Source of the DNA: Candidatus Omnitrophota bacterium
GTDB taxonomy: Bacteria > Omnitrophota > Gorgyraeia > JAFGHF01
Reading direction: 5' to 3'
DNA: 40,478 nt
Assembly (NCBI GenBank): GCA_020341815.1
Contig: CP070837.1
Span: 849,586 to 890,063 of the forward strand
The first letter of the stretch is position 1; each line of letters begins with the position of its first letter. Position numbers and translations under genes: made by a program. Shown here piece by piece: positions 28,090 through 38,320 of this stretch. The notes beneath the pieces are model-generated. The model did no database searches. It had not been told where the DNA came from and saw only the letters and a program-made list of their open reading frames with translations.

Positions 28090-28726
28090 GGCTCTTTTCT
28101 GGACGGCACTTTTTTTATCTATTGCGCTTTGCGGTTGCGCAAGCACTCCTCACACTATTGGCTACGATGTAAGTAAACCGCCTATGCCGCCTGCAAATCT
28201 GGGAAAAGTCTATATTGCCCCTTTGTCTGATGAGAGACCTAATCAGGAACGTGAGGGCATAAAAGGCAAAGTGCTTACCTTCAGTTCCAGAGACAAGCAT
28301 TTCAGCAAAAAGGTTCCCCAGGCCATCAGAGAGGTCTTAAGTAATGAATTGAACAGTGTGGGCTTCAGTGTGATCCAGAAAGAAGAATCCGCTGACTATA
28401 AAATTACGGGTTCCGTCAAGCATTTTCAGGCAGTTATGTCTCCGGCCAAAATAACATTTCTGCCGTATCTGGGCTCGGCATCTACACTCTGGGCCAAGGA
28501 TGATTTCACTATTGCCCTGAGCCTCTACATCAAAATGACTAACCCAGATCGAAGTGTCCTGATTGATAAAACCTTCGATATATCCCAGGATTTAAAATTG
28601 TCTACAGGCCTGTTAAATTTAGCCCGATATTCGCGGGGTTTTAATTATAAACTCAAGCTTCTGGACGAGGCCCTTAAGGATGTAATGACTCAAATCCGCG
28701 ATGAGGCAAAAGCCAAGGTAAAATAA
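28079..28726 (+). CDS. YajG-like lipoprotein
   Basis: Lipobox LCGC; DERP motif. Confidence 0.6.
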   Translation: MKTKALFWTALFLSIALCGCASTPHTIGYDVSKPPMPPANLGKVYIAPLSDERPNQEREGIKGKVLTFSSRDKHFSKKVPQAIREVLSNELNSVGFSVIQKEESADYKITGSVKHFQAVMSPAKITFLPYLGSASTLWAKDDFTIALSLYIKMTNPDRSVLIDKTFDISQDLKLSTGLLNLARYSRGFNYKLKLLDEALKDVMTQIRDEAKAKVK

Positions 28727-29520
28727 TGAGGTTACTCCTTTTCACTTTAATAATCAGTGCATTACTGTCTTTTGAAGCTTCGGCGGAATATAATTTAGCC
28801 ACTAAGAAAGAAGAGCATATTTTCTTTAGCACCGCCAGTGAGGTAAGGCTGGGCCGCTCTCTTGCCGAGAAGGTAGAAGAGAAGTTTAAGATATGCAAAG
28901 ATATAAAGCTCCAGGAGCGCGTAGACAGAATAGGGCAACAGCTGGCTTCGCTATGCGGCAGAAAGGATATCACCTATAGCTTTATTGTGCTCAAAGAGGA
29001 TGAGGTTAATGCCTTTGCCTTGCCCGGAGGATATGTCTATGTAAACAAAGGCGCAATTGAAAAGACCGACTCTGATGATGAAATTGCCGCTATCTTAGCT
29101 CATGAAGTAGCCCATATTGCCGCCCGGCACAGTATCAAGCGCCTTCAGGCAAGTATAGGATATAATATCCTCAGCATGCTTGCTTTGGCCGCGAGCAAAG
29201 ATGTTCGTTTCAAAAGAGGCGCTGACCTTGCCTTTAGCCAGATAATGCTGGGTTACTCGCGGGAAGACGAATTTCTGGCTGACCGCCTGGCGGTCAAATA
29301 TGTAGAAGAGGCAGGATATGACCCTGAGGCCGTAATCGTCTTTATGGAAAAATTGAAGCGAATACAAAAAGAGATGCCGCTCAAACCGCTTATGCCCAGC
29401 TTTGTGCGCACACATCCGTATCTTCCCGAACGCATCGCAGCAGCAAAGCAGGAGTTGTTCGGTAAAATGGACTTCAACGATTATATTAACAGAGAGATTT
29501 CCGACTATGAAGAAAGGTAA
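28726..29520 (+). CDS. M48 family metallopeptidase
   Basis: NAFALPGG, HEVAH, EFLAD, RTHP motifs. Confidence 0.9.
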   Translation: MRLLLFTLIISALLSFEASAEYNLATKKEEHIFFSTASEVRLGRSLAEKVEEKFKICKDIKLQERVDRIGQQLASLCGRKDITYSFIVLKEDEVNAFALPGGYVYVNKGAIEKTDSDDEIAAILAHEVAHIAARHSIKRLQASIGYNILSMLALAASKDVRFKRGADLAFSQIMLGYSREDEFLADRLAVKYVEEAGYDPEAVIVFMEKLKRIQKEMPLKPLMPSFVRTHPYLPERIAAAKQELFGKMDFNDYINREISDYEER

Positions 29521-30565
29521 ACTCAAAATAGGACTGGTTGCTCCTCCCTGGCTGTGTATCCCACCCAGAGGATATGGAGGAATAGAGCTGGTAGTTGCTA
29601 ATCTGGCCGAGGGCTTAACAAAAATAGGGCAGGAGGTATTGCTATTTGCCCCGGAAGACTCTGTAACTACTGCCAGAATAATACCGCAGGTTCATCAACA
29701 TTTAGGCCAGGACTGGAGCGCCTTTGCCAAAAACGCTTTTAGTCTTTTGAGTGAAAAGTTTTCCTTTGCCCGCGCTGCCTACGAAAAAGTCGATATCATC
29801 CACGATCACAGCCTGTATCAAACAGAATTACCGGTTAAGGCGGTATACACGATACACGGACCGGCAACGGAAGAGGCCAAGGGTATCTGCAGAAAACTCT
29901 CCGAGCAGGGTCATAGTATTATTGCCATCAGCGAAAGGCAGAAACAGCTCTTCGGCAACGGCAAAATAAGATTTGGGGGAGTGGTGCATAATTCTATCGA
30001 TGCCTCAACAGCTCCTTATCAGGATAAGAAAGAAGATTTCATCTTCTTCATCGGCCGGGCAAACTGGGAAAAGGGCCTGGACCTGGCAGTGCGCGTAGCC
30101 GTAAAGGCAAATAAGAGACTGGTTATGGCCATCAAAATGACGGAAAAGTTTGAGCAGGAGTTTTTTGCACGCGAGGTCAAGCCGTGGCTGGACAAATATA
30201 AAAAGAATAATTATCTTACTATGTTTGAGGTAATTACGCCAAGCGATAAGTTTGACCTCTACAGAAGGGCAAGCGCTACGATATTCAGCAGTCAATGGGA
30301 AGAACCCTTTGGTCTGGTAATGATTGAATCTATGGCCTGTGGCACGCCGGTAATTGCCTTAAGGCGGGGTGCCGCGCCTGAGGTAATAATAAATGGCAAG
30401 ACCGGCTTTGCAGTCGAGGATGAAGAAGAGATGGTTGAGGCTGTAAAAAAGATAGACCAGATTAATCCCAAAGATTGCCGCAGTCATGTAGAAAAAAACT
30501 TCTCGGTAGAGAAGATGTGTCACGAGCATCTTGAGATCTATAAAAAAGTTATTTCCGGGAAATAA
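29507..30565 (+). CDS. Glycosyltransferase family 4
   Basis: PPRGYGGIE; EEPFGLVMIESMACGTPV; ATG 29507 preferred. Confidence 0.9.
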   Translation: MKKGKLKIGLVAPPWLCIPPRGYGGIELVVANLAEGLTKIGQEVLLFAPEDSVTTARIIPQVHQHLGQDWSAFAKNAFSLLSEKFSFARAAYEKVDIIHDHSLYQTELPVKAVYTIHGPATEEAKGICRKLSEQGHSIIAISERQKQLFGNGKIRFGGVVHNSIDASTAPYQDKKEDFIFFIGRANWEKGLDLAVRVAVKANKRLVMAIKMTEKFEQEFFAREVKPWLDKYKKNNYLTMFEVITPSDKFDLYRRASATIFSSQWEEPFGLVMIESMACGTPVIALRRGAAPEVIINGKTGFAVEDEEEMVEAVKKIDQINPKDCRSHVEKNFSVEKMCHEHLEIYKKVISGK

Positions 30566-30589
30566 ACAAACAAGGAAGGGAGGGGAAAC

Positions 30590-31030
30590 ATGTTTCTGGG
30601 GCTATTCAGAAGAAGCGTCAAAGTAGTAAGAAAAAAAACTGCAAAATCTGTCAAGCCCAAAGCGAAAAAAGCGAAGATAAAAAAGGTCGGCGTTAAAAAA
30701 ATCTCTGCCAGGAAAACCGCCGCAAGAAAACCAAAAGTTACAAAAAAGACCGCATCCAAAACCCGCACGAAAAAAACTGTAATGCCGGAGGTAGTAGGCA
30801 CAGTTACCCATTACTTTCCCCATGTCAAGGCAGGAGTAATTTTAGTTACCAAAGGCACAATTGCGGTAGGGGACACCTTACAGATTAAAGGCCATACCAC
30901 TGATTTCAAGCAAAAGGTTACCTCAATGCAGATTAACAACAGCCCCGTCCAGGAAGCAAAAGAAAAAGAAGAAGTGGGTCTTCTGGTAAAATCGCGCGTT
31001 CGTCATAACGACGTAGTATATAAACTGTGA
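30590..31030 (+). CDS. EF-Tu domain II-like/U32 C-terminal-like barrel protein with Lys-rich N-terminal tail
   Basis: VGTVTHYF..VGDTLQIKGHTTDFKQKVTSMQI; K/A-rich N-terminus. Confidence 0.7.
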   Translation: MFLGLFRRSVKVVRKKTAKSVKPKAKKAKIKKVGVKKISARKTAARKPKVTKKTASKTRTKKTVMPEVVGTVTHYFPHVKAGVILVTKGTIAVGDTLQIKGHTTDFKQKVTSMQINNSPVQEAKEKEEVGLLVKSRVRHNDVVYKL

Positions 31031-32256
31031 AACCTAACCGCACCCTAGCAAGATTTTCCTGGGCGCTGTATGACCTGGCTAACACAATCTTCTCCATGAA
31101 TATAGTTTCTCTCTATTTTGTGCTCTGGCTGACGGTTGACAAAGAGTGCCCGGAACTATATTACAGCATAGCCTTCAGCGGCTCTGTGCTTCTGGCCGCC
31201 TGCTTAATGCCCATATTGGGTGAGGTCTCCGACAAATTAAAAAGGCGCGTTCCCTTTCTAATAGCTTTTACTTTAGGGTGCGTGGTTTTTACGGCATTTT
31301 TAGGGCTCATTAAGGGGACATTTGCTGCCCTGCTTTTTTTTGCTCTGGCCAACTTCTGCTATCAGTTAGCCGGGGTGGCATATAATTCTCTGCTTACGCA
31401 GGTAAGCACGCCTCAGACCTTGGGCAGGACATCAGGCTTAGGGGTAAGCTTAGGCTACGTAGGGACTCTCCTGGGCCTGCATCTGGTAAGGCCATTTCTG
31501 AATATAGGAGGCAGACAGGCTACCTTTGCCCCTACGGCCGCGCTCTTTCTTATTTTTGCTATGCCGGCATTTATTTTTATTAAAGATTCACCCCATCCTC
31601 ATGTTCCTCTAATTGAATTACAGATAAAGCCGGTATTTGCCAGATTGCGCAAGACCTTAACCGAGGTGCGCCGCAACTCTTCTTTGGTGAGATTTCTGAT
31701 TGCCGCCTTTTTATGCTTAAACGCAGTCAATACCATTATCATCTTTATGGGGGTTTATGCCAAAAGGGTGATAAATTTCGGCGATGCGGAAATCATCTAT
31801 TTTATGTCGGTTTCAACCGTCTTTGCCATAATAGGCTCTTATGCCTTCGGCCTGCTTACCGACCGCTGGGGCTCAAAGGATACCCTGAATCTGGTGATTA
31901 AGCTGTGGTGCCTGGCGATATTTCTGGCGATGATAGCCAGCTTCCGCTGGATGTTCTGGATAGTCGGCCCCTTAGCGGGAGTTTGCCTGGGGGCCACCTG
32001 GGTCTCGGCACGCACGATGTTAATTGAGCTGGTTCCCGAAGAGAAAATCGGACAGATGTTCGGCCTGTTCGGACTGGCAGGAAGATTTTCTTCGGTATTG
32101 GGGCCGGTAGTCTGGGGGCTGATAACCTTTGCCTTTGCCGGACTGGGGCTTTTTAAATACAGACTGGCCATAGCCTCAGTATTTATATTTATGTCTGCGG
32201 GATATTTTATTTTTCAAGGGGTGGAAGACCCCCGCAAGGCCGAACTTGCAACTTAA
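31027..32256 (+). CDS. MFS transporter (UMF1/Atg22-like)
   Basis: SWALYDLANT; about 12 TM; GRTSGLG. Confidence 0.88.
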   Translation: MKPNRTLARFSWALYDLANTIFSMNIVSLYFVLWLTVDKECPELYYSIAFSGSVLLAACLMPILGEVSDKLKRRVPFLIAFTLGCVVFTAFLGLIKGTFAALLFFALANFCYQLAGVAYNSLLTQVSTPQTLGRTSGLGVSLGYVGTLLGLHLVRPFLNIGGRQATFAPTAALFLIFAMPAFIFIKDSPHPHVPLIELQIKPVFARLRKTLTEVRRNSSLVRFLIAAFLCLNAVNTIIIFMGVYAKRVINFGDAEIIYFMSVSTVFAIIGSYAFGLLTDRWGSKDTLNLVIKLWCLAIFLAMIASFRWMFWIVGPLAGVCLGATWVSARTMLIELVPEEKIGQMFGLFGLAGRFSSVLGPVVWGLITFAFAGLGLFKYRLAIASVFIFMSAGYFIFQGVEDPRKAELAT

Positions 32257-32274
32257 CTTTTACTATGATAATAT

Positions 32275-32532
32275 ATGAAAAATAAAAATCTTTTACTGGG
32301 TTTAGGCTTTGATGCCAAAGACGGGCATAAACGGATTACCCGGGGTAAAAACTTTTACATATTCGGGGGTTCCAAAAACACGCATCAATTTATGCAGGAA
32401 AGCTGCATTAAGTTTAATGAAGAGCTGGACAGGAAACGTAAAACCTTAAACGATATATCTGTCAATGAGTTCTACGACATCGCCGATAAAATTGGGCTAA
32501 AGACGCCTCGTCAAAACGACGAAGTCAAGTAG
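32275..32532 (+). CDS. Conserved-looking hypothetical protein
   Basis: LLGLGFD..DGHKRITRG..GGS..H. Confidence 0.6.
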   Translation: MKNKNLLLGLGFDAKDGHKRITRGKNFYIFGGSKNTHQFMQESCIKFNEELDRKRKTLNDISVNEFYDIADKIGLKTPRQNDEVK

Positions 32533-32534
32533 AG

Positions 32535-33368
32535 ATGACTGTAGAGCAGAAGAAAAAATCTCACGTAAGCAACACATTTAAATTATGGTCAGTGGGGATT
32601 GTATTTTTTCTGACCTTTTTTCATCTTTACGCCGTATATGCTTATCCCGGGGTTCCGATAGTATCGGATAAAGTCCTTCTGGCGACAGTCTTAGGCTTGG
32701 TGGTCTATCTCTGGATTCAGGAACTCAGAGACAGAGAAAGACTGCAAGCGATTAATCTTGCCCTAATCAAGGCGCAAAGACAGCTTGAGCGCGCGGAAAT
32801 TGACACCATTGCCACCTTGGTGCTGACCGAAGAAGCAAAAGACCCCTACACTCGCGGCCACTCTAAAAGGGTTACCCGTTGCGCCGTAGAGACAGCCGAA
32901 GAACTGGGCCTGGCGGCTGATGAGTGCAGGATGATTGAACGCGCAGGGATTTTACATGATATCGGCAAAATCGGCATTAGCGATAATATTTTACATAAGT
33001 CCGGCAAGCTCAACGAGGAAGACTGGATAGCTATTAAAAAGCATCCGCGAAGGGGAGTGGAAATACTTGAGCCCCTAAAGTTTTTAAGCAGGGAAAACGA
33101 AATAATCTGCCATCATCATGAAAGATTTGACGGCAAGGGCTATCCCGACGGAATTAAGGGCGAAGGTATCCCCTTGGGGGCAAGGATCTTAGCTGTAACC
33201 GATACCTTTGATGCGATGAATTCCAAAAGGCCCTACAGAGAGCCGCTTACGGAAGATATAATTATATCCGAATTAAAAAATAATTCCGGCAGTCAATTCG
33301 ACCCTGTCGTGGTAGGCGCTTTTCTTAAGCTCCTGAGGAAAAAACCCAGCCTCTGGGAACAAGACTGA
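32535..33368 (+). CDS. Membrane-anchored HD-GYP phosphodiesterase
   Basis: LHDIGK, HHERFDGKGYP; two N-terminal TM. Confidence 0.9.
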   Translation: MTVEQKKKSHVSNTFKLWSVGIVFFLTFFHLYAVYAYPGVPIVSDKVLLATVLGLVVYLWIQELRDRERLQAINLALIKAQRQLERAEIDTIATLVLTEEAKDPYTRGHSKRVTRCAVETAEELGLAADECRMIERAGILHDIGKIGISDNILHKSGKLNEEDWIAIKKHPRRGVEILEPLKFLSRENEIICHHHERFDGKGYPDGIKGEGIPLGARILAVTDTFDAMNSKRPYREPLTEDIIISELKNNSGSQFDPVVVGAFLKLLRKKPSLWEQD

Positions 33369-33502
33369 TAACGATGAACCCCGCCCTTCCTAAAAACCCG
33401 CATTTATAAGTTAAGGGCGAGAACAAGGACATTTAAGTATATGATAGTAAATTTGGCAAAAGCAAATGTTAGCCTTAGTATTGCGAAGAAAGGAAGAGCG
33501 GA

Positions 33503-34360
33503 GTGAATATTCATCCTACGGCAATCATAAGCCAAAAGACGCTTCTGGCAGAAGATATAGAGATAGGGCCACACGTCCTTATCGAGGACGATGTTAAAAT
33601 CGGCCGCGGAACAAAGATTTATTCCCATGCCCACATCTTAAGAGGGACTGCTATCGGCGATGATTGCCAGATACATATCGGCGCGGTTTTAGGAGGCGCG
33701 CCGCAAATACGCCAAAAAACAGAAACCTCAGGACGCTTAGTTATCGGCCAAAGAAATATCTTCAGAGAATACGCTACCGTACATCGTTCAAAAGGCGAAG
33801 AAAGTGCCACGATTATAGGCGATGATAATTATTTTATGGCCTTTTCGCATATAGCTCATGACTGCTCTCTCGGTAATCATATTACAATCTGTAACGGTGC
33901 TCTTATAGCGGGGCACGCCGCCATTGAAGATTATGCCTTTATTTCGGGCAATGTTACGGTGCATCAGTTCTGTCGCATAGGCAAACATTCTATGATCGGG
34001 GGACTCGCCCGCGTAGCCAAAGATGTGCCGCCATATATGCTCATCAAGGGGGACTCTTACGTTTGGGCTATAAACTCTGTCGGCTTGAGGCGGACGAATT
34101 TTTCTCTTAGGGTACGAAGTCAAATCAAGGCAGCCTTCAAACTGCTTTATAAGTCCGGGCTTAACGTAAGGCAGGCCATAGAACAACTGCAAAAAGGGCC
34201 GCGCTCCCCGGAAATTGACCATTTAATCGACTTTATTCTACATTCCCGGCGGGGCATTTGCGCATATAAAAAGGTTGGTTTAGGAGAAAAAATCGCCTTA
34301 AGCCGACCGATAATAACGATTAAAAACTTAAAATGTTTAAAAAGACAAGGATTCTTTTAA
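33503..34360 (+). CDS. lpxA: Acyl-ACP--UDP-N-acetylglucosamine O-acyltransferase
   Basis: IHPTAII hexapeptide repeats; FREYATVHR; HIAHDC; VHQFCRIG; DVPPY. Confidence 0.9.
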   Translation: MNIHPTAIISQKTLLAEDIEIGPHVLIEDDVKIGRGTKIYSHAHILRGTAIGDDCQIHIGAVLGGAPQIRQKTETSGRLVIGQRNIFREYATVHRSKGEESATIIGDDNYFMAFSHIAHDCSLGNHITICNGALIAGHAAIEDYAFISGNVTVHQFCRIGKHSMIGGLARVAKDVPPYMLIKGDSYVWAINSVGLRRTNFSLRVRSQIKAAFKLLYKSGLNVRQAIEQLQKGPRSPEIDHLIDFILHSRRGICAYKKVGLGEKIALSRPIITIKNLKCLKRQGFF

Positions 34361-35028
34361 TTTTATTTCTCGTTGCTATACTGATTGCAGCCTTTTTCCG
34401 CCACAGTCTTTGCCGGATTCTGGTCGAAAAAGTCACAGCACGTGCCACAGGACTAAAAATATCCATTGAAAAGCTGAGCCTGGATATCCTGAATAACAAT
34501 CTATATATGCGGGGGGTCACGCTATCAAATCCGCCCGGATTTAAGGATGAAATCTTAGGAAAGGCCGAAAATATATTTATTGTATATGACTTTTGGGGAT
34601 CTCTAAAAGGCAGGCTTCATCTTCGCCTGCTAAAAATTAATATTAATGAACTCAATATAATCAGAAACACAAAAGGTACATCTAACGTATCCACTTTAAA
34701 AAATCCATCTTTTTCGATAAAACTTTCCGAAAAGTCAGGCAATAGCACAGGTCTTAAAAAAACAAAAAAACCTAAGTTTCTTATCGACCGCCTGGAGCTT
34801 TCTGTTGAGAAAGCGACCTTTATGGATTATAAAGCTGAAGTGGGCCAACCGGCGGCGATTATATTGACGGTAAAAGGTCCTTGTATATTTAAAAATGTCA
34901 GCGATTTGGGTTACGTATTTAACTCTATATCAGCTAGGGGCGGGTTTAAGGAGTTGCTGGATAATCTAAGCGGAGTGACTATCGATGAAAAGCGGTGCCA
35001 GAGAAAGAAGAAGGCGCAGGAGAGTTGA
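34333..35028 (+). CDS. AsmA-like membrane-anchored protein
   Basis: N-terminal TM; LSNPPGF; paralog of 20765..21571. Confidence 0.6.
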   Translation: MFKKTRILLILFLVAILIAAFFRHSLCRILVEKVTARATGLKISIEKLSLDILNNNLYMRGVTLSNPPGFKDEILGKAENIFIVYDFWGSLKGRLHLRLLKININELNIIRNTKGTSNVSTLKNPSFSIKLSEKSGNSTGLKKTKKPKFLIDRLELSVEKATFMDYKAEVGQPAAIILTVKGPCIFKNVSDLGYVFNSISARGGFKELLDNLSGVTIDEKRCQRKKKAQES

Positions 35029-35428
35029 TGTTGCGCTTGCAATAAAGATAGAATATAATACTGAAAAGATAATCACTCGTACTAAAAATATCAGCGTCTT
35101 AGGCACTTATCTTGAGATTGATAAGGAAATACCTATAGGAACCGCTTTAGATATTAAGGTAAAAATCCCTAAGACGGGTCATAAAAAAACCGTTAAAGAG
35201 ATTGACTGTGCGGGGGTCATTTTTCGCTCTCAACCGATTGCATCTTTAGGACCGACGAGCCAATATGGAACGGGAATTTTTTTTCGTTCTTTTTCAGGAA
35301 ACGGCGAAAAGGTTTTATCCAAATATATAGACTATGTTATCGAAGAGGAAAAGAAAAAAGGGAAAATTTATACACGTAAGAGAAAGAAAAAACAAAAACA
35401 TTCAAAACGGAAGGAGGTAAAAAAATGA
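34985..35428 (+). CDS. PilZ-domain protein
   Basis: ERRRRRR, NISVLG motifs. Confidence 0.8.
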   Translation: MKSGARERRRRRRVDVALAIKIEYNTEKIITRTKNISVLGTYLEIDKEIPIGTALDIKVKIPKTGHKKTVKEIDCAGVIFRSQPIASLGPTSQYGTGIFFRSFSGNGEKVLSKYIDYVIEEEKKKGKIYTRKRKKKQKHSKRKEVKK

Positions 35429-35613
35429 AAGCTACGGTGAATGAAGAACTCTGCGTAGGCTGCGGATTATGTGTCGATACTTGCCCGGATACCTTCATAA
35501 TGGAAGAAGACAAAGCAAAAATTAAGGCCAATCCCGTACCGACCGGATCCGAGGACTCCTGCAAAAAGGCTAAAGAGGAATGTCCCGTAGAAGCCATAAT
35601 TATTGAGGAATAA
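35425..35613 (+). CDS. Single-cluster ferredoxin
   Basis: CVGCGLCVDTCP..ECPVEAI. Confidence 0.92.
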   Translation: MKATVNEELCVGCGLCVDTCPDTFIMEEDKAKIKANPVPTGSEDSCKKAKEECPVEAIIIEE

Positions 35614-35634
35614 AACTTCACAAGAGGAGGAAAA

Positions 35635-35988
35635 ATGACAAAAAAGAAAGTTGATATCTCTAAAGAGGTAGCCTTGATATGGCAGGAAGCCAAGGAAAAT
35701 CTAAAGGCCCTTGGACAGAGAACCCTTAAGCTTGCCCAAAAAGGCGAGAAGGGGGTTGTGCGAGCCTCAAAGGTAGGCAAATTTCAATTAGACATCGTCA
35801 GCCTCAATCTCAGCAAGGAAAACGTCTTCCGGCAAATAGGCAAGAAAGTCTATGAGATGCACGCATCTAAGAAAGCTGGAATTGAAACTGCGAAGCTGAC
35901 ATCGCTTTTTAACCAGATAGACAAAATAAACCGTCAGGTCAAGACAAAGAAATCGCAAATAGCCAAATTAAAAAGGGAACACAAATGA
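35635..35988 (+). CDS. Coiled-coil hypothetical protein
   Basis: RBS GAGGAGG; helical, Lys-rich. Confidence 0.65.
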   Translation: MTKKKVDISKEVALIWQEAKENLKALGQRTLKLAQKGEKGVVRASKVGKFQLDIVSLNLSKENVFRQIGKKVYEMHASKKAGIETAKLTSLFNQIDKINRQVKTKKSQIAKLKREHK

Positions 35989-36107
35989 AAAGGCTAATCC
36001 TCTGCATTCTGGCTCTATCTTTTATCTTGAGCGGCTGTTCTAATCTGGGTGCTCTTATGGGCTTGGCCGCTACCGGCTACGGCATATATCAGGCGGTAAA
36101 GGATTAA
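35985..36107 (+). CDS. 40-aa small lipoprotein, absent from the track
   Basis: ATGA overlap; MKRLILCILALSFILSGCSNLGALMGLAATGYGIYQAVKD; lipobox LSGC. Confidence 0.65.
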   Translation: MKRLILCILALSFILSGCSNLGALMGLAATGYGIYQAVKD

Positions 36108-36263
36108 ATTAAAGAAAAGGTTGCAGGATTTCAAGCAATCGTTCTTCAGCTGTCTTCTTGTCGCTCCTCATCCACCTATCCTGTCTGCTGCTATGTCAAT
36201 TGTTATCTTTACCCTCCTGCTATTGAGATTTATGGCATATTGTGGTAAAATATAAGGAATTAA

Positions 36264-36710
36264 ATGCTGCCCTCAAGACACATTATGATATCGGTTCCGC
36301 TGGGGATAGCCGCAGGGTTTACTACCCACTCGGCGCTTGCGGGTATGCTTTGCCTTCTCTCAGGAACAATGATAGATGTTGACCACGCCATTGAATATAT
36401 AATCCATTATGGCTGGCACATTTTTAACCCCAGAGAGGTCTATCGGGCCTGCTCAAGACTGGCCAAGCGCAAAGAAGAGGGGGGAGTAAAAACCCTGCAT
36501 CTTTTCTTTCACGCGGTAGAGTTAGCCCTGCTTTTGTGGGTAAGCTATATCTTAAGCAAAAATATTTACTTTTTTTCAATAGCCTTGGGTTACACAGGGC
36601 ACCTGATTGCCGATATGATTGGAAATAACAGGGCAATGAAAACCTCGAGCTATTTTATAACTATCCGCGTCCTAAAGGGCTTTAATACGGGTAAACTCAT
36701 CAAATATTAA
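36264..36710 (+). CDS. Membrane metal-dependent hydrolase-like protein (YdjM-like)
   Basis: H..DVDH..FFH..GHLIAD pattern. Confidence 0.6.
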   Translation: MLPSRHIMISVPLGIAAGFTTHSALAGMLCLLSGTMIDVDHAIEYIIHYGWHIFNPREVYRACSRLAKRKEEGGVKTLHLFFHAVELALLLWVSYILSKNIYFFSIALGYTGHLIADMIGNNRAMKTSSYFITIRVLKGFNTGKLIKY

Positions 36711-36726
36711 TTATTATCAAAATATA

Positions 36727-36755
36727 TTGCTTATTTTGTTAATTTAATATATAAT
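36727..36755 (+). promoter_or_regulatory. Sigma70 promoter
   Basis: TTGCTT-17 bp-TATAAT. Confidence 0.55.
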
Positions 36756-36781
36756 CTGTCTGCCTATAAAGGGGGCAAGGA

Positions 36782-37525
36782 ATGGAAGTTCTACAGAATT
36801 TAGATAAACTTAATGCGAAGGTTGCCAAGTTAATTGAGCCTTATACGCAAGAACTGTTAAAAATTCATGGGGAAAATATTGTCTCGATATTTGTAACCGG
36901 CAGTGCCGCAGGCAGAGACTATGTCCCCAAGGTGTCTAATATTACCCTCCTGGTTATCCTGGAAAAACTAAGATTTAGCGACCTGCAAAAAAGCCTCAAA
37001 ATCGTCTCCCGGGGAATAACTAAAAAGATTGCCGCCCCACTTTTTCTCACCCGCAGACACATAGAGACCTCAAGCGATGTATTTCCTATTGAATTTTTAG
37101 AAATGAAAGAAAACCATCTGCTCCTTTACGGGGAAGACCTGTTTAAAACCCTGGAAGTAAACCCGGCAAATATAAGGCTATTCTGCGAAGAGCAGATTAA
37201 AGGCAAGCTGATCAGGATTAGACAGGCCTATTTAGAGATAGGCTTAAGAAGAAAGGGGATAGAGGCCCTGATAAAAGAGTCCCTTAATTCACTTACGCCT
37301 ATTTTTCGCAATCTGCTCAGATTAAAGGGTAAAACCCCGCTCCTGGAAAAGGAAGCGATCTACACTCAGCTCTGCGCTGAGTTCGATTTGGACAGAAGCG
37401 TATTTCTGGCAATTCTTGCCGACACCAAGAATGATGAGAAGATTGCCTCGCACGATGTAGAGATCTTCTTTGAAAAATATATTGCCCAGATACAAAAATT
37501 AGCCATCATTGTTGACCAGTTATGA
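36782..37525 (+). CDS. Nucleotidyltransferase-fold protein (TPM/LemA-associated)
   Basis: GSAAGRDY..SNI; DVFPIEF. Confidence 0.65.
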   Translation: MEVLQNLDKLNAKVAKLIEPYTQELLKIHGENIVSIFVTGSAAGRDYVPKVSNITLLVILEKLRFSDLQKSLKIVSRGITKKIAAPLFLTRRHIETSSDVFPIEFLEMKENHLLLYGEDLFKTLEVNPANIRLFCEEQIKGKLIRIRQAYLEIGLRRKGIEALIKESLNSLTPIFRNLLRLKGKTPLLEKEAIYTQLCAEFDLDRSVFLAILADTKNDEKIASHDVEIFFEKYIAQIQKLAIIVDQL

Positions 37526-38301
37526 AAATCCGGCTTGAGCTTGTTCTAACATTACTGATAGGTCTTTTCTGTTTTTCTCCGGCTTCTGCTGAAGAAGCCG
37601 GATTTCCCGCAGCGCAAGGGTATATTAATGACTTTGCCAATTTACTCAAACCCTCCGACTTTCAGAAGCTTAACGGCCTGGCGCAAGCCCTGGATGCAAA
37701 GACTACCGCCGAGATAGCGGTGGTTACTTTAGCGACTACCAAGCCTTACGATATTCAGGATTATTCGGTAAGGTTGTATGAAAAATGGAAGATCGGCAAG
37801 GCCGGAAAAGATAACGGCGTTCTGCTTCTGGTAGCCATTGAAGACAAAAAGGTCTGGATAACTACCGGCTACGGATTGGAAGGGGCTATTCCTGACGCCC
37901 AGGCAAGTGAAATTTATCGCAATATTATCGTACCGTATTTTAAGAAGGGTGAGTTTTCCAAGGGTATCTCTGCCGGCGCCATCAAGCTTATAGATTTAGC
38001 CGCCCGCGAATATAATGCAACCATAGAAGATTTGCCTAAATTAAGCAAAGAGTATGTGCGGCCAGTAGAAAAATCGCCGCTTGCTTCTTTTGTTGAGACC
38101 CTCTTTACTTTAATATTTTTTGTCCTTTTCTTTGGCTTTCGCCTGGGGCTGTTTGGCTTTTTGCTTTTCGGCACCGGCAGGAGAAGAGGGGGATATTGGT
38201 ATGGTGGAGGGCTGAGTGGAAATTCCGGTGGTTTCGGCGGTGGTTTTGGCGGCTTCGGTGGCGGTTTTACCGGTGGCGGAGGCGCAGGTGGAGGATGGTA
38301 G
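37522..38301 (+). CDS. TPM-domain (YgcG-like) protein
   Basis: WKIGKAGKDNGVLL..GYGLEGAIPD; Gly-rich tail ending GGW. Confidence 0.9.
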   Translation: MKIRLELVLTLLIGLFCFSPASAEEAGFPAAQGYINDFANLLKPSDFQKLNGLAQALDAKTTAEIAVVTLATTKPYDIQDYSVRLYEKWKIGKAGKDNGVLLLVAIEDKKVWITTGYGLEGAIPDAQASEIYRNIIVPYFKKGEFSKGISAGAIKLIDLAAREYNATIEDLPKLSKEYVRPVEKSPLASFVETLFTLIFFVLFFGFRLGLFGFLLFGTGRRRGGYWYGGGLSGNSGGFGGGFGGFGGGFTGGGGAGGGW

Positions 38302-38320
38302 AAAAAAGGAGGTCGAATAA

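Noticed and set aside
36108-36240. Minus-strand 20-codon ORF (MRSDKKTAEERLLEILQPFL) or sRNA
   Set aside because: Too short, with no independent support.
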